64,000 bases of DNA from an uncultured delta proteobacterium (GTDB lineage: Bacteria; Myxococcota; Kuafuiibacteriia; Kuafuiibacteriales; Kuafuiibacteriaceae), in assembly GCA_963803435.1 (NCBI GenBank), contig CAWDML010000009.1, forward strand, positions 928,001-992,000, in the 5' to 3' direction. The notes under the pieces were generated by a model. The model was not told the DNA's origin. It searched no databases and saw nothing but the letters and a program-made list of their open reading frames with translations. Of this stretch, positions 14,537 to 25,396 are shown piece after piece. A program made the translations under genes and the position numbers. How positions within the stretch are numbered: the first letter of the stretch is position 1; the number at the start of each line of letters is the position of its first letter.

Positions 14537-14551
14537 GCAAAGAGGAGACCA
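14537..14551 (-). promoter_or_regulatory. Putative sigma54 -24/-12 promoter
   Basis: Minus strand TGGTCTCCTCTTTGC, exact GG-N10-GC spacing, 16 nt before ATG 14521. Confidence 0.5.
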
Positions 14552-14723
14552 ACGCGTGACGGCTGCGCGGTCCGCGCAGAAAGTGGGGCGGCTGGCCCAC
14601 CGTGGGTCAAGTCGGCCCAGACGCCCCCAAACCGGGCGCAGGCTGGGTTTCGTGCGCGAGCGCACCTCCTGCGACCCGGGGCCCTGGCGGGCGGGCCGCG
14701 CGTCCCGGTGTAGAGTCTTTCGC

Positions 14724-15209
14724 GTGTTTTCTGCGCGCGCGCTGGCTCCCATTCTCCTGACCCTCTTCCTCCTCGTGCCCTCGGCGGCCCACGCCGGGCA
14801 CGGCCACCCCACCACGCCGATCTCGTTTCAGTCGGCGAGCTGCTTCAACGTCGACCTGTCCCAGTACCCGCGGATCACCTATTCGGGTCCCGACCAGCTC
14901 GACGTCGATCCGTTCGGCCCCTCGACCCTGCACTGGTTCATCACCGTGGACCTGACCGCGACAGGCCTCCGGTTCGTCCGCGGTGCCTTCGTCTTCCAGA
15001 TCCAGCACACGCTGCTCTTCGGTGTGTACACCGGCTTCTCGGCCGACGTGGTCACGGGCGACTACGTCCTCGACTGGCGGTTCCTCGGCGGCACGCGCGG
15101 GCTGAGCCGCGCGTCCGGCACCGGGCAGACCCACGGCGTCGTGGACCTCGCCAGCTTCTGCGCCGAGTACGCGTTCGCCGGGACGCTCACCGGCGTATCG
15201 CATCACTGA
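14724..15209 (+). CDS. Secreted beta-rich hypothetical protein
   Basis: Signal peptide ILLTLFLLVPSAAHA; FLGGTRGLSRASGTG motif; start uncertain. Confidence 0.6.
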   Translation: MFSARALAPILLTLFLLVPSAAHAGHGHPTTPISFQSASCFNVDLSQYPRITYSGPDQLDVDPFGPSTLHWFITVDLTATGLRFVRGAFVFQIQHTLLFGVYTGFSADVVTGDYVLDWRFLGGTRGLSRASGTGQTHGVVDLASFCAEYAFAGTLTGVSHH

Positions 15210-15279
15210 GGACGCCGCGCGGACACTCGCGGACGTCCGACCGTCCGGGGGTGATCGGTCATACGCGGACGGGGGCGCG

Positions 15280-15294
15280 TGGCCTGCGGCTTGC
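15280..15294 (+). promoter_or_regulatory. Putative sigma54 -24/-12 promoter with upstream GGAC repeats
   Basis: TGGCCTGCGGCTTGC; GGAC at 15210, 15221 and 15231. Confidence 0.5.
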
Positions 15295-15310
15295 CATCGA
15301 GCAGGCCGCC

Positions 15311-17660
15311 ATGAACACCACCCTCCCGCTCCGCTTCGTCCCTCTGTTCCTCGCCTGCATCACCGGCTGCGCAGAGTGCGCGCCCGGCCGCGTCGGACAA
15401 GGTGCCGCGCGCCTGAGCGTCTTGACCGCCACCGCGGTGGTCCGGCTGGTCGAAGCGGACGACCGCTGCGGCTTCCAGAGCGAGTCCGTGCGGGCCGCGC
15501 CCGAGATCACCGGCGCGCCCGGCGAGGTCGGCACGGTGCGCTACCGGATCGAGCGCTGTCAGATCGTTCGCGATACGCCCGACGTCGACACCACCTGCAG
15601 CGGCGAAGAGACCACGGTCTCAGGGATGGTCGAGGTGACCGCCACCAAGACGGTCCGCGGGCTCCTCACCGGCGACGCGGCGAACCCGGTCCTGCCGGCG
15701 GACGACACGGCGGCGGAGTTCGCGGTGGAGCGCGCGTCGTTCGACCGCTTTCGCGTGGTGAAGGAGGGCGCGCCCGGTCATCTCGAGGTCTTCTCCGGCG
15801 AGCTCGCCTTCAACGCGAGGCCGCGTCTCGGCTCTGATACCAACGGCGTCTGCACCGTCGCCACCCCGAACGTCGCGGTCACGGACATCGAGTGGTCGGG
15901 CGCCGAGGGAAGGATCACGACGCCCGGCCGGAGCTTCGTGGTCGAGCTGCCCACATCGAGGTTCGAGGCGGCGATCGGAGATCTCGGCGACGGTCGTGAG
16001 AATTCGATCAGGGGCACGATCACCGTCTGGGACAGCGAGGTGACGATCGAGGGGCCGCTCGACGATGGTTACGATCGCGCGGACTGGATCGAGGGATGGA
16101 GCTGCGATCCCGAGCTCGCGCAGCCGGCCGGCTTCGCCTGTGCGCCGCCGCGGGCCCAGATCGCCGAGGGGAGCGCGCGCCTGACGATCAAGCTGCTGGG
16201 TGCGCTCACCTCCTTGATCAACGACGACGCGCGCTGCGGCTTCGCCTCGGGTCTGACGCCGCAGATCACCGGTGCCCCCGGGCGCGACGGTGGCAGCGGC
16301 CGCTACCAGGTGCGGGACTGCGTGCTCGACTTTCCCGAGCCGACGATCGTGTCGACCGACTGCCAGGGGAACCGGACGATGGTCCAGGGCCGCGCGCTGG
16401 TCAGCGCCGTGAGGACGGTCTCCGGCTGGGTGAGCGGCGATGCAAACGATCCGATCCTCCCCACCTCGCCCACGGCGGTGCGCGTGGAGCTGCAGGCGGA
16501 CCTCGAGGGGCTGTCCGTCTTCGACGCCCCGGACGGCCCCCGCATCGAGGTGGAGCGCGGGCGGATCACGGGCGTGGCGCGGCCGAGGCTGGCGATCGAC
16601 CGCGGCTCGGGCGCGTGCAGCATCCCGACGCCGGTCGTGTCGTTCTCGCAGATCCAGTGGTCCTCGGCGGTGGCGGTGCTGCACTCGGGCGCGCTCTCGG
16701 TGAGCGTGCCGATCAGCGACTCGCTCCTGGAAGCCGACAGCGGACCCGCCAACCGCCTCGGCGGAACGATCACCGCCTTCGGCGAGGCGTTCTCCCTCTC
16801 GGGCGATCTGGACCCGGAGTTCGATCCCGCGGCGTTCGCCGCCAGCTATCAGTCCTGCGATCCGGACCTGATCGTCGCCGAGCGCGACCAGGACTGCGCG
16901 CTCGAGTCGACGCTCGCGCTCGGTGCCGCCCGCGTGCTGGTGCTGACGACCGGCGCGCTGGTGGGCGCGACCAACGACAACGAGACCTGCGGCTTCAGCG
17001 ATCCCGACCTCGAGCCCGAAGTGAACGGCGTGCCGCTCGGGACCGGGACCCTGACGCTCACCGCACAGGATTGCCAGGTGGCGCCGACCGCCGACAGCGA
17101 CTGCATCGGCGATCGGACCGAGCTCGGCGGATTCGATCGAGGTCGACGCACGGCGCACCGTCGAGGGCATCCGGGTGGGCGTGCCGGTCATCCTGCCGCT
17201 CGACCTCGTCATCCCCACGCGGCCCGACGCGGTCGAGATCGAGCTCTCTCGCGTCGAGCTCGCCGGCGCCACCGTGAGCGCCCCCGGCGTCTTCGCGTCG
17301 TTCGATCACGGCGTGCTCTCGGGGCTGGTCCACCCGGTGCTGGCGCGCGACGACGGCCTGCTCGGCGCTTACCGAGTGGCCACGCCCGTCGCCTGGTTCG
17401 AGCGCCTGGCGGCCCGCGACGTCCCTCTCGCGATCGTCCGCGACGGCCGGACGATCCAGATCGCGCTCGACAGCGCCGAGCTGGAGGCGTTCAACGGCTC
17501 CTTCGACGGTCGCTCGAACTTCGTCCGCGGCACGGTGGTGCTCGGCGGGGTCACGGTCGAGATCGAGCCGACGGCGCTCGATCCGGACTTCGATCAGGCC
17601 ACCTTCGACGCGAGCTATGCGTGCACCGAGTCGCTCGGCTCGCCGGTTCCATCCGAGTGA
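15311..17660 (+). CDS. Large Cys-containing lipoprotein with three internal ~270-aa repeats (frameshift near 17130)
   Basis: Lipobox-like ACITG-C; three 'G.AR......G/T.......D..CGF' units; continues in ORF 17175-17660. Confidence 0.7.
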
Positions 17661-17677
17661 AGTAGGATCTTCTTTCG

Positions 17678-18970
17678 TTGGCCGACGAGACGCTGACCGC
17701 GCCGCCATTCGAGCGTGCTTTGCCGCGGGGCCCGCGCGTGCGACGTCTGACCGTGGTCCATCCACCCGAGGTGCGACAGTCGGTCTTCCTGCGCGGCGGC
17801 CGCATGGTGATCGGTCGAAAGCTCGGCTTCGACGCCCCGCCCATCGACGACCCGCGGCTCAGCCGGGAGCACTGCGCGATCGAGCCCGTGCAAGGGCACG
17901 ACGTGCTCGCGATCCAGGATCTGGGCTCGAAGAACGGCACCTTTCTCGAGGGCCGGCGGATCGAGCGGGAGTACCTGGAGCCGGGCGCGGTCCTGCGCAT
18001 GGGCGAGACGCTGCTGGTGTACTCGGAGGCACCCGATCCGCGCGACGACACGCGCACGCTCGCAGTGCCCCCGACCGAGTCCCTGGCGCTGGCGCTCCTC
18101 CACGTGCTCGCGGACTCGGTGGCGGCCAAGCCGTTGCCGGTGCTGCTCACTGGACCGACCGGTGCTGGCAAGGAGGTCCTGGCGCGACGACTCCACGAGA
18201 GCAGCGGCCGGCGCGGCCCGCTGGTCGCGGTGAACTGCGCCGCCTTCCCGCGCGAGCTGTTGGCCGGTGAGCTGTTCGGCCACGTCGCGGGCGCGTTCTC
18301 GGGAGCGCACGGCGATCGCGCAGGTCTGTTCGCGAGCGCCCACGGCGGCACGCTCTTTCTGGACGAGATCGGCGATCTCCCGCTCGAGCAGCAGCCGGCG
18401 CTGCTGCGCGCGCTCCAGGAGCGGCGCGTGCGGCCGCTGGGATCGGACGCGGAGATCGAGGTCGACGCGCGCGTCGTCTCCGCGACCAATCTCGACCTCG
18501 AGTCGCTCGCAGAGCGCGGGCAGTTCCGCGCGGACCTGATCGCGCGGCTCGCGCCGATCCGGCTGGTGTTGCCCGGTCTCTCCGAGCGGAAGGAGGAGAT
18601 CCTCTCCCTGTGGACGGCGAGCATCGGTGGCCGAGGGCTCACACTCGACGCGGCCGAGGCGCTGCTTCGCTACGCGTGGCCCCGCAACGTGCGCGAGCTC
18701 CAGAGCGCAGCAGAGGAGGCGCGCTTGCTGGCCGGTGAAGGCACCACGCCGATCGATCGCCTCCACCTCCCGGAGCGCGTACGCGCGTTTGATCCGTCGG
18801 TCGGTGCGGTGGCGAACGGGCCGCCGGACCGGGACGTTCTCATCGAGGTCCTGACCGAGCATCGTGGAAATGTCGCCGAGGTCGCCCGCGTCCTCGGACA
18901 GACCCGCCAGACGGTCTACCGATGGATGTCCATCTACCGAATCACCGCCGCACAGTTCCGACAGCGCTGA
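17678..18970 (+). CDS. FHA-domain sigma54-dependent enhancer-binding protein
   Basis: FHA SREHC...DLGSKNGT; GPTGAGKE; GAFSGA; WPRNVREL; C-terminal HTH. Confidence 0.9.
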   Translation: MADETLTAPPFERALPRGPRVRRLTVVHPPEVRQSVFLRGGRMVIGRKLGFDAPPIDDPRLSREHCAIEPVQGHDVLAIQDLGSKNGTFLEGRRIEREYLEPGAVLRMGETLLVYSEAPDPRDDTRTLAVPPTESLALALLHVLADSVAAKPLPVLLTGPTGAGKEVLARRLHESSGRRGPLVAVNCAAFPRELLAGELFGHVAGAFSGAHGDRAGLFASAHGGTLFLDEIGDLPLEQQPALLRALQERRVRPLGSDAEIEVDARVVSATNLDLESLAERGQFRADLIARLAPIRLVLPGLSERKEEILSLWTASIGGRGLTLDAAEALLRYAWPRNVRELQSAAEEARLLAGEGTTPIDRLHLPERVRAFDPSVGAVANGPPDRDVLIEVLTEHRGNVAEVARVLGQTRQTVYRWMSIYRITAAQFRQR

Positions 18971-21900
18971 GCCCGCGCGCGCTGGGCCGCGTCGGCAGGT
19001 TCGAGCTGATCCGCCCGATCGGCCGGGGCGGCATGGGTGTCGTCTACGAGGCGATCGATCTCGAGGACGAGCACCCGGTCGCGCTCAAGATGTTGCTCAA
19101 CGTGACGCCCGGGCAGATCCATCGGCTGAAGAACGAGTTCCGCAGCCTGACGGGGCTGGTCCATCCCAACCTGGTCGCGTTCGAGGGCCTCTTCGCCGAG
19201 GACGGCGAGTGGTTCCTCACGATGGAGCTGGTCGGCGGGGTGGACCTCCGCGAGTGGGTCCGGCCGGCGTCCGAGCAGCACGCGCTCGATCTCCTGCCGG
19301 TGACGATCGACGAGCACGGCGCGCCCGACGAGTTCGAGATCGACGAGACCGTCACCAGCCAGGAGCGTCCGGAAGCGGAGAAGCGCCGGCCGTGTCGGCT
19401 CGATCGCCTGCGCCCGGCGATGATTCAGCTGGCGGTCGGCATCGAGGCCATCCATCGCGCCGGCAAGCTCCACCGCGACCTCAAGCCCTCCAACGTCCGC
19501 GTGACGCCGGAGGGGCGCCTCGTGATCCTCGACTTCGGCCTGGTCTCCGCGCTCGGCAGCATCGAGGAGTCGGACTCGCTGGCCGGCACGGCGCCGTACA
19601 TGTCCCCCGAGCAGGCGGCGGGCGAGCCGCTCACCTTCGCCTCCGACTGGTACAGCTTCGGCGTGATGCTGTTCGAGGCCCTCACCGGACGGCGTCCCTT
19701 CGAGGGTACCCGGACGGCGATGCTCGTCGACAAGCAGACGCGCGCGGCCCCGCATCCGGCCGGCCTCGCCCCCGGCACGCCCGAGGATCTCGACCTCCCT
19801 GTGTGCCGAGCTGTTGGCGACGCGGCCGGAGGTGCGTCCGACCGGCGCCGAGGTCCTGGCACGCCTCGGCGTGCGCGCGCCCTCGATCTGGGTGCGCTCG
19901 GCGGACTCGGCGTTCGTCGGCCGTACGCGGGAGCTGGAGCGTCTCGATCGAAGCTTCCTCGCCCTGGATCGCGGATGCGGGACGGCGCTGTTCATCCACG
20001 GTCCCTCGGGCATGGGAAAGACCGCGCTGATCCAGCGCTTCCTGGCCCGGGTCGAGAGCCGCGGCGCGCTCGTCCTTCGCGGCCGCTGCTACGAGCGCGA
20101 GTCGCTCCCGTTCAAGGCGCTCGACAGCGTGGTCGATGCGCTCGCGACCTACCTCCGCTCGCTCCCGCCGCTGGCCCAGCAGAGCCTGATGCCCCGGCGC
20201 GTGCGCGCGCTGGCCCGCCTGTTCCCGGCCCTGCTCCAGGTGCCGGCGATCCAGGCCGCACCCCTCGAGCCTGCGGAGCCGGCGGATCCGCGCGAGCTGC
20301 GCCGGGTGGCGGTGTCGGCGTTCGTGAACGTGCTTCGCCGCCTCTCCGATCAGCACCGTCTGGTGGTGGCGATCGACGATCTCCAGTGGGGCGACGCCGA
20401 CAGCGGCGATCTCATCGCGGAGCTCGTCGAGGATCTGCCGCCGCTGATGGTGCTCGGGAGCTTTCAGACCGACGACCGGGCCTCGAGTGAGCTGCTCGCG
20501 CGCGTCCATCAGAAGAACAGGCACTCGTTCGAGGAGATCGAGCTGGGCCCGCTCGACCAGGCGGAGGCGCGGACCCTGGCGCTGCGGCTCGTGCGCCCCG
20601 AGGCGGCCGGTCACGCGGATCTCATCGCCAGGGAGTCCGCCGGGATCCCGATGTTCGTCCACGAGCTGGTCCGCCACGCCGCCGGCCCGCCGTTGCCGCT
20701 CGACGAGGCCATCAGCCGCCGGATCGCCAAGCTCGATCCCAGCGCGCTCCGGATCCTCGAGGTGATCGCCACGGCGGGCCGCCCGATCGACGCGGAGCTC
20801 TGCAACGGAGTCCTCGGCGGCGAGGCGCGCCGTGCGATCGACACGCTGCGCGCCGCCCACCTGATCCGGGTGCGGGCCGGGATCCACGAGACGGGCCTCG
20901 AGACGTACCACGATCTGATCCGACGCTCGGTGCTGCGCGGCATGGCCACCGAGACGGTCCTCGACGTGCACCGACGACTGGCGCTCGCGCTCGAGGCCAG
21001 GTGCGCGCCGCCGGATCTCCTGGTCCATCACTGGCGCGCCGCCGGCGACCCGGTCCGGGCCGGTAAGCACGCGCTCGACGCCGCCCGCAAGGCGAGCGAC
21101 GCGCTGGCCTTCGATCGCGCGGTCCACATGGTTCGGCTGGCGATCGAGCTGCTCGACGACGCGGGTGGCGCCGGTGGCTCGCTCTACACCGCGCTCGGGG
21201 ACGCGTCGGCCAACGCGGGCCGCGCCCCCGAGGCGGCCCGAGCGCTCCTCGAGGCGGCCCGCCGGGGCGCGCCCGACGCCGTCTCGCTGCGGTCGCGTGC
21301 GGTACAGCTCCTCTTGACGAGCGGGCACGTCGAGCCGGGCCTGGCCGAGCTGGATCGCCTGTTGCGTTCGCTCGGGCTGGCCCCGCTCAAGGGGCGCCGC
21401 GGGCTCCCCCGCCTGGTGACGCGCCGGCTGGCCCTGCGGCTCGGCGGGGCGCGCCGCCGGACGCCGGCCGTCGCCGCCGCCCCCGCCGAGCTGGAGCGGA
21501 TCGATGCCTGCTGGTCCGCCACCACCGGTCTGGCGCTGATCGACATGGTCCTCGCCGCCGACTTCCACGCGGAGAACCTGGCGCGGTCGGCGCGGGCGGG
21601 CGATCTCTATCGCTTCGCCCGTGCGCTCGGCATGGAGGCGGTGTTTCTGGGCGTGCTCGGCGGGCGGAGCACGCGTCGAGCGCAGCGCATCCTGGTGGAG
21701 TGCGGCGCGCTGGTGGCCGAGCTCGACCACGCGCACCTCGGCGGTCTGCTGGCGGCAGCGCGCGGGTTCGTCGCCATGAGCCGCGGCCGCTGGGCCGAGA
21801 TGCTCGCAGAGGGCGAGCGGGCGGAGCAGATCCTGATCGAGCAGTGCACGGCGGTGATCTGGGAGCTCGACCTGGCGCGCACGCTCCAGCTCTGGGGTCT

Positions 21901-22639
21901 CTCCGCGCTGGGCCGCTTCGACGAGCTGTCGTCCCGCGCCTCCCCTCTGATCGCCGAGGCTGACGCCCGCGGCGATCGCTACGCCACCAACATGCTCCGC
22001 GCGTCTCCGATGGTGAGCCTCGCCTGGCTCGCCAAGGACGACCCGGCCCTCGCCCAGTCCTACCTCGACGACGAGTCGCGCCGATGGCCCAAGTCGCACT
22101 TCCTGCTCCAGCACTACTGGAGCTCCCGGGCGCGAGCCCAGATCGACCTCTACCGCGGCGACGCGATCGCCGCGTGGGAGAACTTCGAGGCCACCTGGCG
22201 TGTTCTCGTCCGCTCCGCGTTCCTCCGCGTCGCGCACCTCCGGCTCCAGGCCCGCAGCCTGCGGGCGCGCGCCGCCCTGGCCGCCGGCGTGGCGGCCGGC
22301 GATCGCGCGCTGCTGGCGGTCGCCGCCTCGGAGGCCCGGCGGATCGCCGCCGACGCGGGCGACACCGCCTGGGCCACCGCGATCGCGGATCGTATCGTCG
22401 GCCTGGTGGCCCTGGCCCGCGGCGACCCTCAGACCGCCACCGCCCGGCTGCTCCACTCCGAGGCCCTCTACGAGGATCTGGGCATGGAGGTCGAGGTCGC
22501 CGCCTCGAAGCGCCTGCGCGGCCGTCTCCTCGGCGGACCCGAGGGCGCGGCGATGATCGATGCGGCCGACGCGCGGATGCAGCGCGCCGGCATCGCCAAC
22601 CCGGCGCCGTTCGCGGGCGCCCTCACGGGATGGCTGTGA
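18922..22639 (+). CDS. Ser/Thr kinase fused to P-loop ATPase and helical repeats (frameshift near 19800)
   Basis: [20 protein letters not shown]; second frame has FVGRTREL, GPSGMGKT and IDDLQW. Confidence 0.88.
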
Positions 22640-22646
22640 GCCCGGA

Positions 22647-25256
22647 TCAGGCGATGGGACGGGGAACGGTGCGGAGCCGGCCGCCCGCCGCGTCGTAGCG
22701 GGTCACGCCGCCGACGATCGTCTCGCGCACCTCGAGCGTCTTCGGATCGAGGATGACGAAGTCGGCGCGCCGCCCGGGCACGATCTCGCCTCGCTCCGAG
22801 AGGCCGGCCGCCTTGGCAGGCGTCGACGACGCCATCAACACCGCGTCCTCCGCCTCGATCCCCAGCATGCGCATTGTGGAGACGATGGCGCGGTCCATGG
22901 TGAGCGCGCTCCCGGCGAGCGTGTTGGTCCCCTCGACGGTGATGGCGCCGTCCTTCTTCTCCACGGCGATGTCGCCGAGCGTGTACTTTCCGTCGGGCAT
23001 GCCCGCGGGCGGCGAGGCGTCGGTCACCAGCATCATCCGCTGCGGGCCGAGACGCCGGTAGAGGTCCCGGAGACGCTCGGGCTCGACGTGGACGCCGTCG
23101 GGGATCACTCCGGCCACCGTCTCCGGATGGTCGAGGATCGCGGTGAGCAGATCGCCGTCTAAGTCCTTCGGCATCGCGTTCGTGATGTGCGTGATCATCC
23201 GGAGCTCGCCGGCCAGCGCCCGCTCCATCTCTTCGCCGGTGGCGTTGGTGTGTCCGGCGCTCGGCGTCACCCCGTGCTCGCGGCTCATGCGGATCGCCTC
23301 GAGCGCGCCCGGGAGCTCGGGAGCGAGCGTGAGGATCCTGAGGCGCCCGTCGCCGGCCTCGATCATCGACTCGAGCTCTCGTAGATCGATCGGCCGGACC
23401 TGCTCGCTCGAGTGGGCGCCCCTGCGGGCGCGGTTGAGGTACGGGCCCTCGACGTGGAGCCCCGGGACGTCGGCGCCCGGCAGCCCCTCCACCCGATCGA
23501 CGGCGTCGAAGGCGGCCTTCACCACGTCGAGCGGTGCCGACACCACTGTCGGGAGCACCGTGGTCACGCCTTGCTCCGGCGTTCGCAGCACCAGCGTGCG
23601 AAGCGCAGCGATGGGATCGCCGGCCACGTCGTCGCCGTAGGAGCCGTTGTTCTGGAGATCGACGAACCCGGGCGCGAGCAGTCCCTTCACGCGCCGCACC
23701 TCCCGGGGCAGCCGCTTCGGATCGGGGACGACGTGGGTGATCGTCCCATCCTCGATCACGATGAGCGCCGCCTTCGAGACGAACGTGCCGTCGCCCGCGG
23801 GCAGCAACACCCGCTCGCCGAAGATCGCCTCGTGCACCGTGCCCTCGCGGCCGCGCGGCCGGTACTCCGCCGGGAGCGCTTGGGCCAGGTGCTTTGCCGC
23901 CGCCCGGTCGAGGTAGACCTCCACGTTCGGGTGGCGATTCAAGAACGTCGCCGGGATCTGGTCCGTCACCTCTCCCTCGATCGCGCGCCGCACCACGGAA
24001 GCCTTGTGCTCGCCGGTCGCCATCAGCAGGACCCGGCGCGCCGAGAGGATGGTGGCGACGCCCATCGTGATCGCCTCCGTCGGAACGTGCTCGAGGCCGC
24101 CGAACGCCGCCGCCGCATCCTCGCGGGTCTGGTCCGCGAGCGTGACTCGCCGGGTGCGAGAGTCGCGCGTCGAGCCGGGCTCGTTGAAGCCGATGTGCCC
24201 GGTGGCCCCGATGCCGAGCAGCTGGAGATCGATCCCGCCCGCGTCCTGGATCGCCTGCTCGTACCCCTTCACCTCCTCGGCGATCTTCTCCGGCGGCACG
24301 TCGCCTCTGGGGATGTGCACGTTCTCAGGATCGATCCCGAGACCCGGGACGTCGAGCTTCGAGAAGAGGCGCTCCTGCATGTAGTGGTGATAGCTCTGGG
24401 GATCGTCGGGGCTGAGGCCGTAGTACTCGTCGAGGTTGAAGGTCTTGACCCGTGAGAAGTCGAGGCCCTCCTCGTGGTGCATGCGGATCAGCTCCCGGTA
24501 GACGGCGAGCGGCGTCGAGCCGGTGGCGAGGCCGAGCACCGCGCCGCCCGAATCGTGCTTCTCGCGGATGACCGCCGCGATCTCCTCGGCGACGCGCTTC
24601 GCCGTCTCGGAGGCGTCGTCGAGAGGAAAGACCGGAACGCCGAGCGGCCGGGTGAGGAATCGCTGCGCCTCACGGTTCCCTTGCCAGCGGAGCAGGTCGC
24701 GACCGAGCGCGGTCAGCTCACGCTCGAAGATCGAGACCCGGTGCAGCCCGCGATGCTCGTCGGGCGCGGGGAGCGTCTTGATGGAGACGTCGCCGAGTCC
24801 CTCGGCCGCCAGCGCGCGCCGCAGGAGCAGCTTGCTCCGGTTCATGTGGTAGCGCTCCGTGAGGAGGCTGACCTTCTCGACGCCGGCCTTGGCCAGGAGC
24901 GGCGCCACGAAGCTCGCGTTCTCCGAGGTGAGGCGGGCGGTCCGCTCCGTGACGATCCGATCGGCGGCGATCCCGTGGTCGACCAGCCACTGCTTCATCA
25001 CGTCGGCCTCGTTTTCGTCGCTGTGAACCGCGTCGCCGCTGACGATCGCGATCGCCTCGGGATCGTCGTCGAGCTCTGCGATCGCTCCGGCCAGGCGGCG
25101 CTTGAGCTCGATCGTCGGCGTCGGTCGATCCGGTACGCCGAAGCCGAAGACCACGACGGCGTGACGGGCGCGCGGGATCTGGGAGAGCGCGAAGGCGCGC
25201 TCGCGCGCGGCCTCTTCGGCCCGGCTCGCACCACCGACGGCAGGCAGGGGGGACAT
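22647..25256 (-). CDS. nagB/nagA: Fusion of DUF218 (YdcF/ElyC-like), glucosamine-6-P deaminase NagB and GlcNAc-6-P deacetylase NagA
   Basis: DUF218 EADVM...TSENA...YHMNRS; NagB GLATGSTP, NLDEY, GHIGFNEPG; NagA PGFVD, HVEGPY, APE, GHT, NAM, LAGS. Confidence 0.88.
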   Translation of the reverse strand: MSPLPAVGGASRAEEAARERAFALSQIPRARHAVVVFGFGVPDRPTPTIELKRRLAGAIAELDDDPEAIAIVSGDAVHSDENEADVMKQWLVDHGIAADRIVTERTARLTSENASFVAPLLAKAGVEKVSLLTERYHMNRSKLLLRRALAAEGLGDVSIKTLPAPDEHRGLHRVSIFERELTALGRDLLRWQGNREAQRFLTRPLGVPVFPLDDASETAKRVAEEIAAVIREKHDSGGAVLGLATGSTPLAVYRELIRMHHEEGLDFSRVKTFNLDEYYGLSPDDPQSYHHYMQERLFSKLDVPGLGIDPENVHIPRGDVPPEKIAEEVKGYEQAIQDAGGIDLQLLGIGATGHIGFNEPGSTRDSRTRRVTLADQTREDAAAAFGGLEHVPTEAITMGVATILSARRVLLMATGEHKASVVRRAIEGEVTDQIPATFLNRHPNVEVYLDRAAAKHLAQALPAEYRPRGREGTVHEAIFGERVLLPAGDGTFVSKAALIVIEDGTITHVVPDPKRLPREVRRVKGLLAPGFVDLQNNGSYGDDVAGDPIAALRTLVLRTPEQGVTTVLPTVVSAPLDVVKAAFDAVDRVEGLPGADVPGLHVEGPYLNRARRGAHSSEQVRPIDLRELESMIEAGDGRLRILTLAPELPGALEAIRMSREHGVTPSAGHTNATGEEMERALAGELRMITHITNAMPKDLDGDLLTAILDHPETVAGVIPDGVHVEPERLRDLYRRLGPQRMMLVTDASPPAGMPDGKYTLGDIAVEKKDGAITVEGTNTLAGSALTMDRAIVSTMRMLGIEAEDAVLMASSTPAKAAGLSERGEIVPGRRADFVILDPKTLEVRETIVGGVTRYDAAGGRLRTVPRPIA

Positions 25257-25396
25257 CGCTTGGATTGTCGGCAAGTACACACCTTTCGTTGTGATGGATC
25301 CGACGGTCGAGGCGTCGGGTCCACGCTTCGGGCTTAATCGGCGGCGCGCGGGATTAATTGGCCGGAGCCCCCAGCGGTGGCGTACCAACGCATGCC

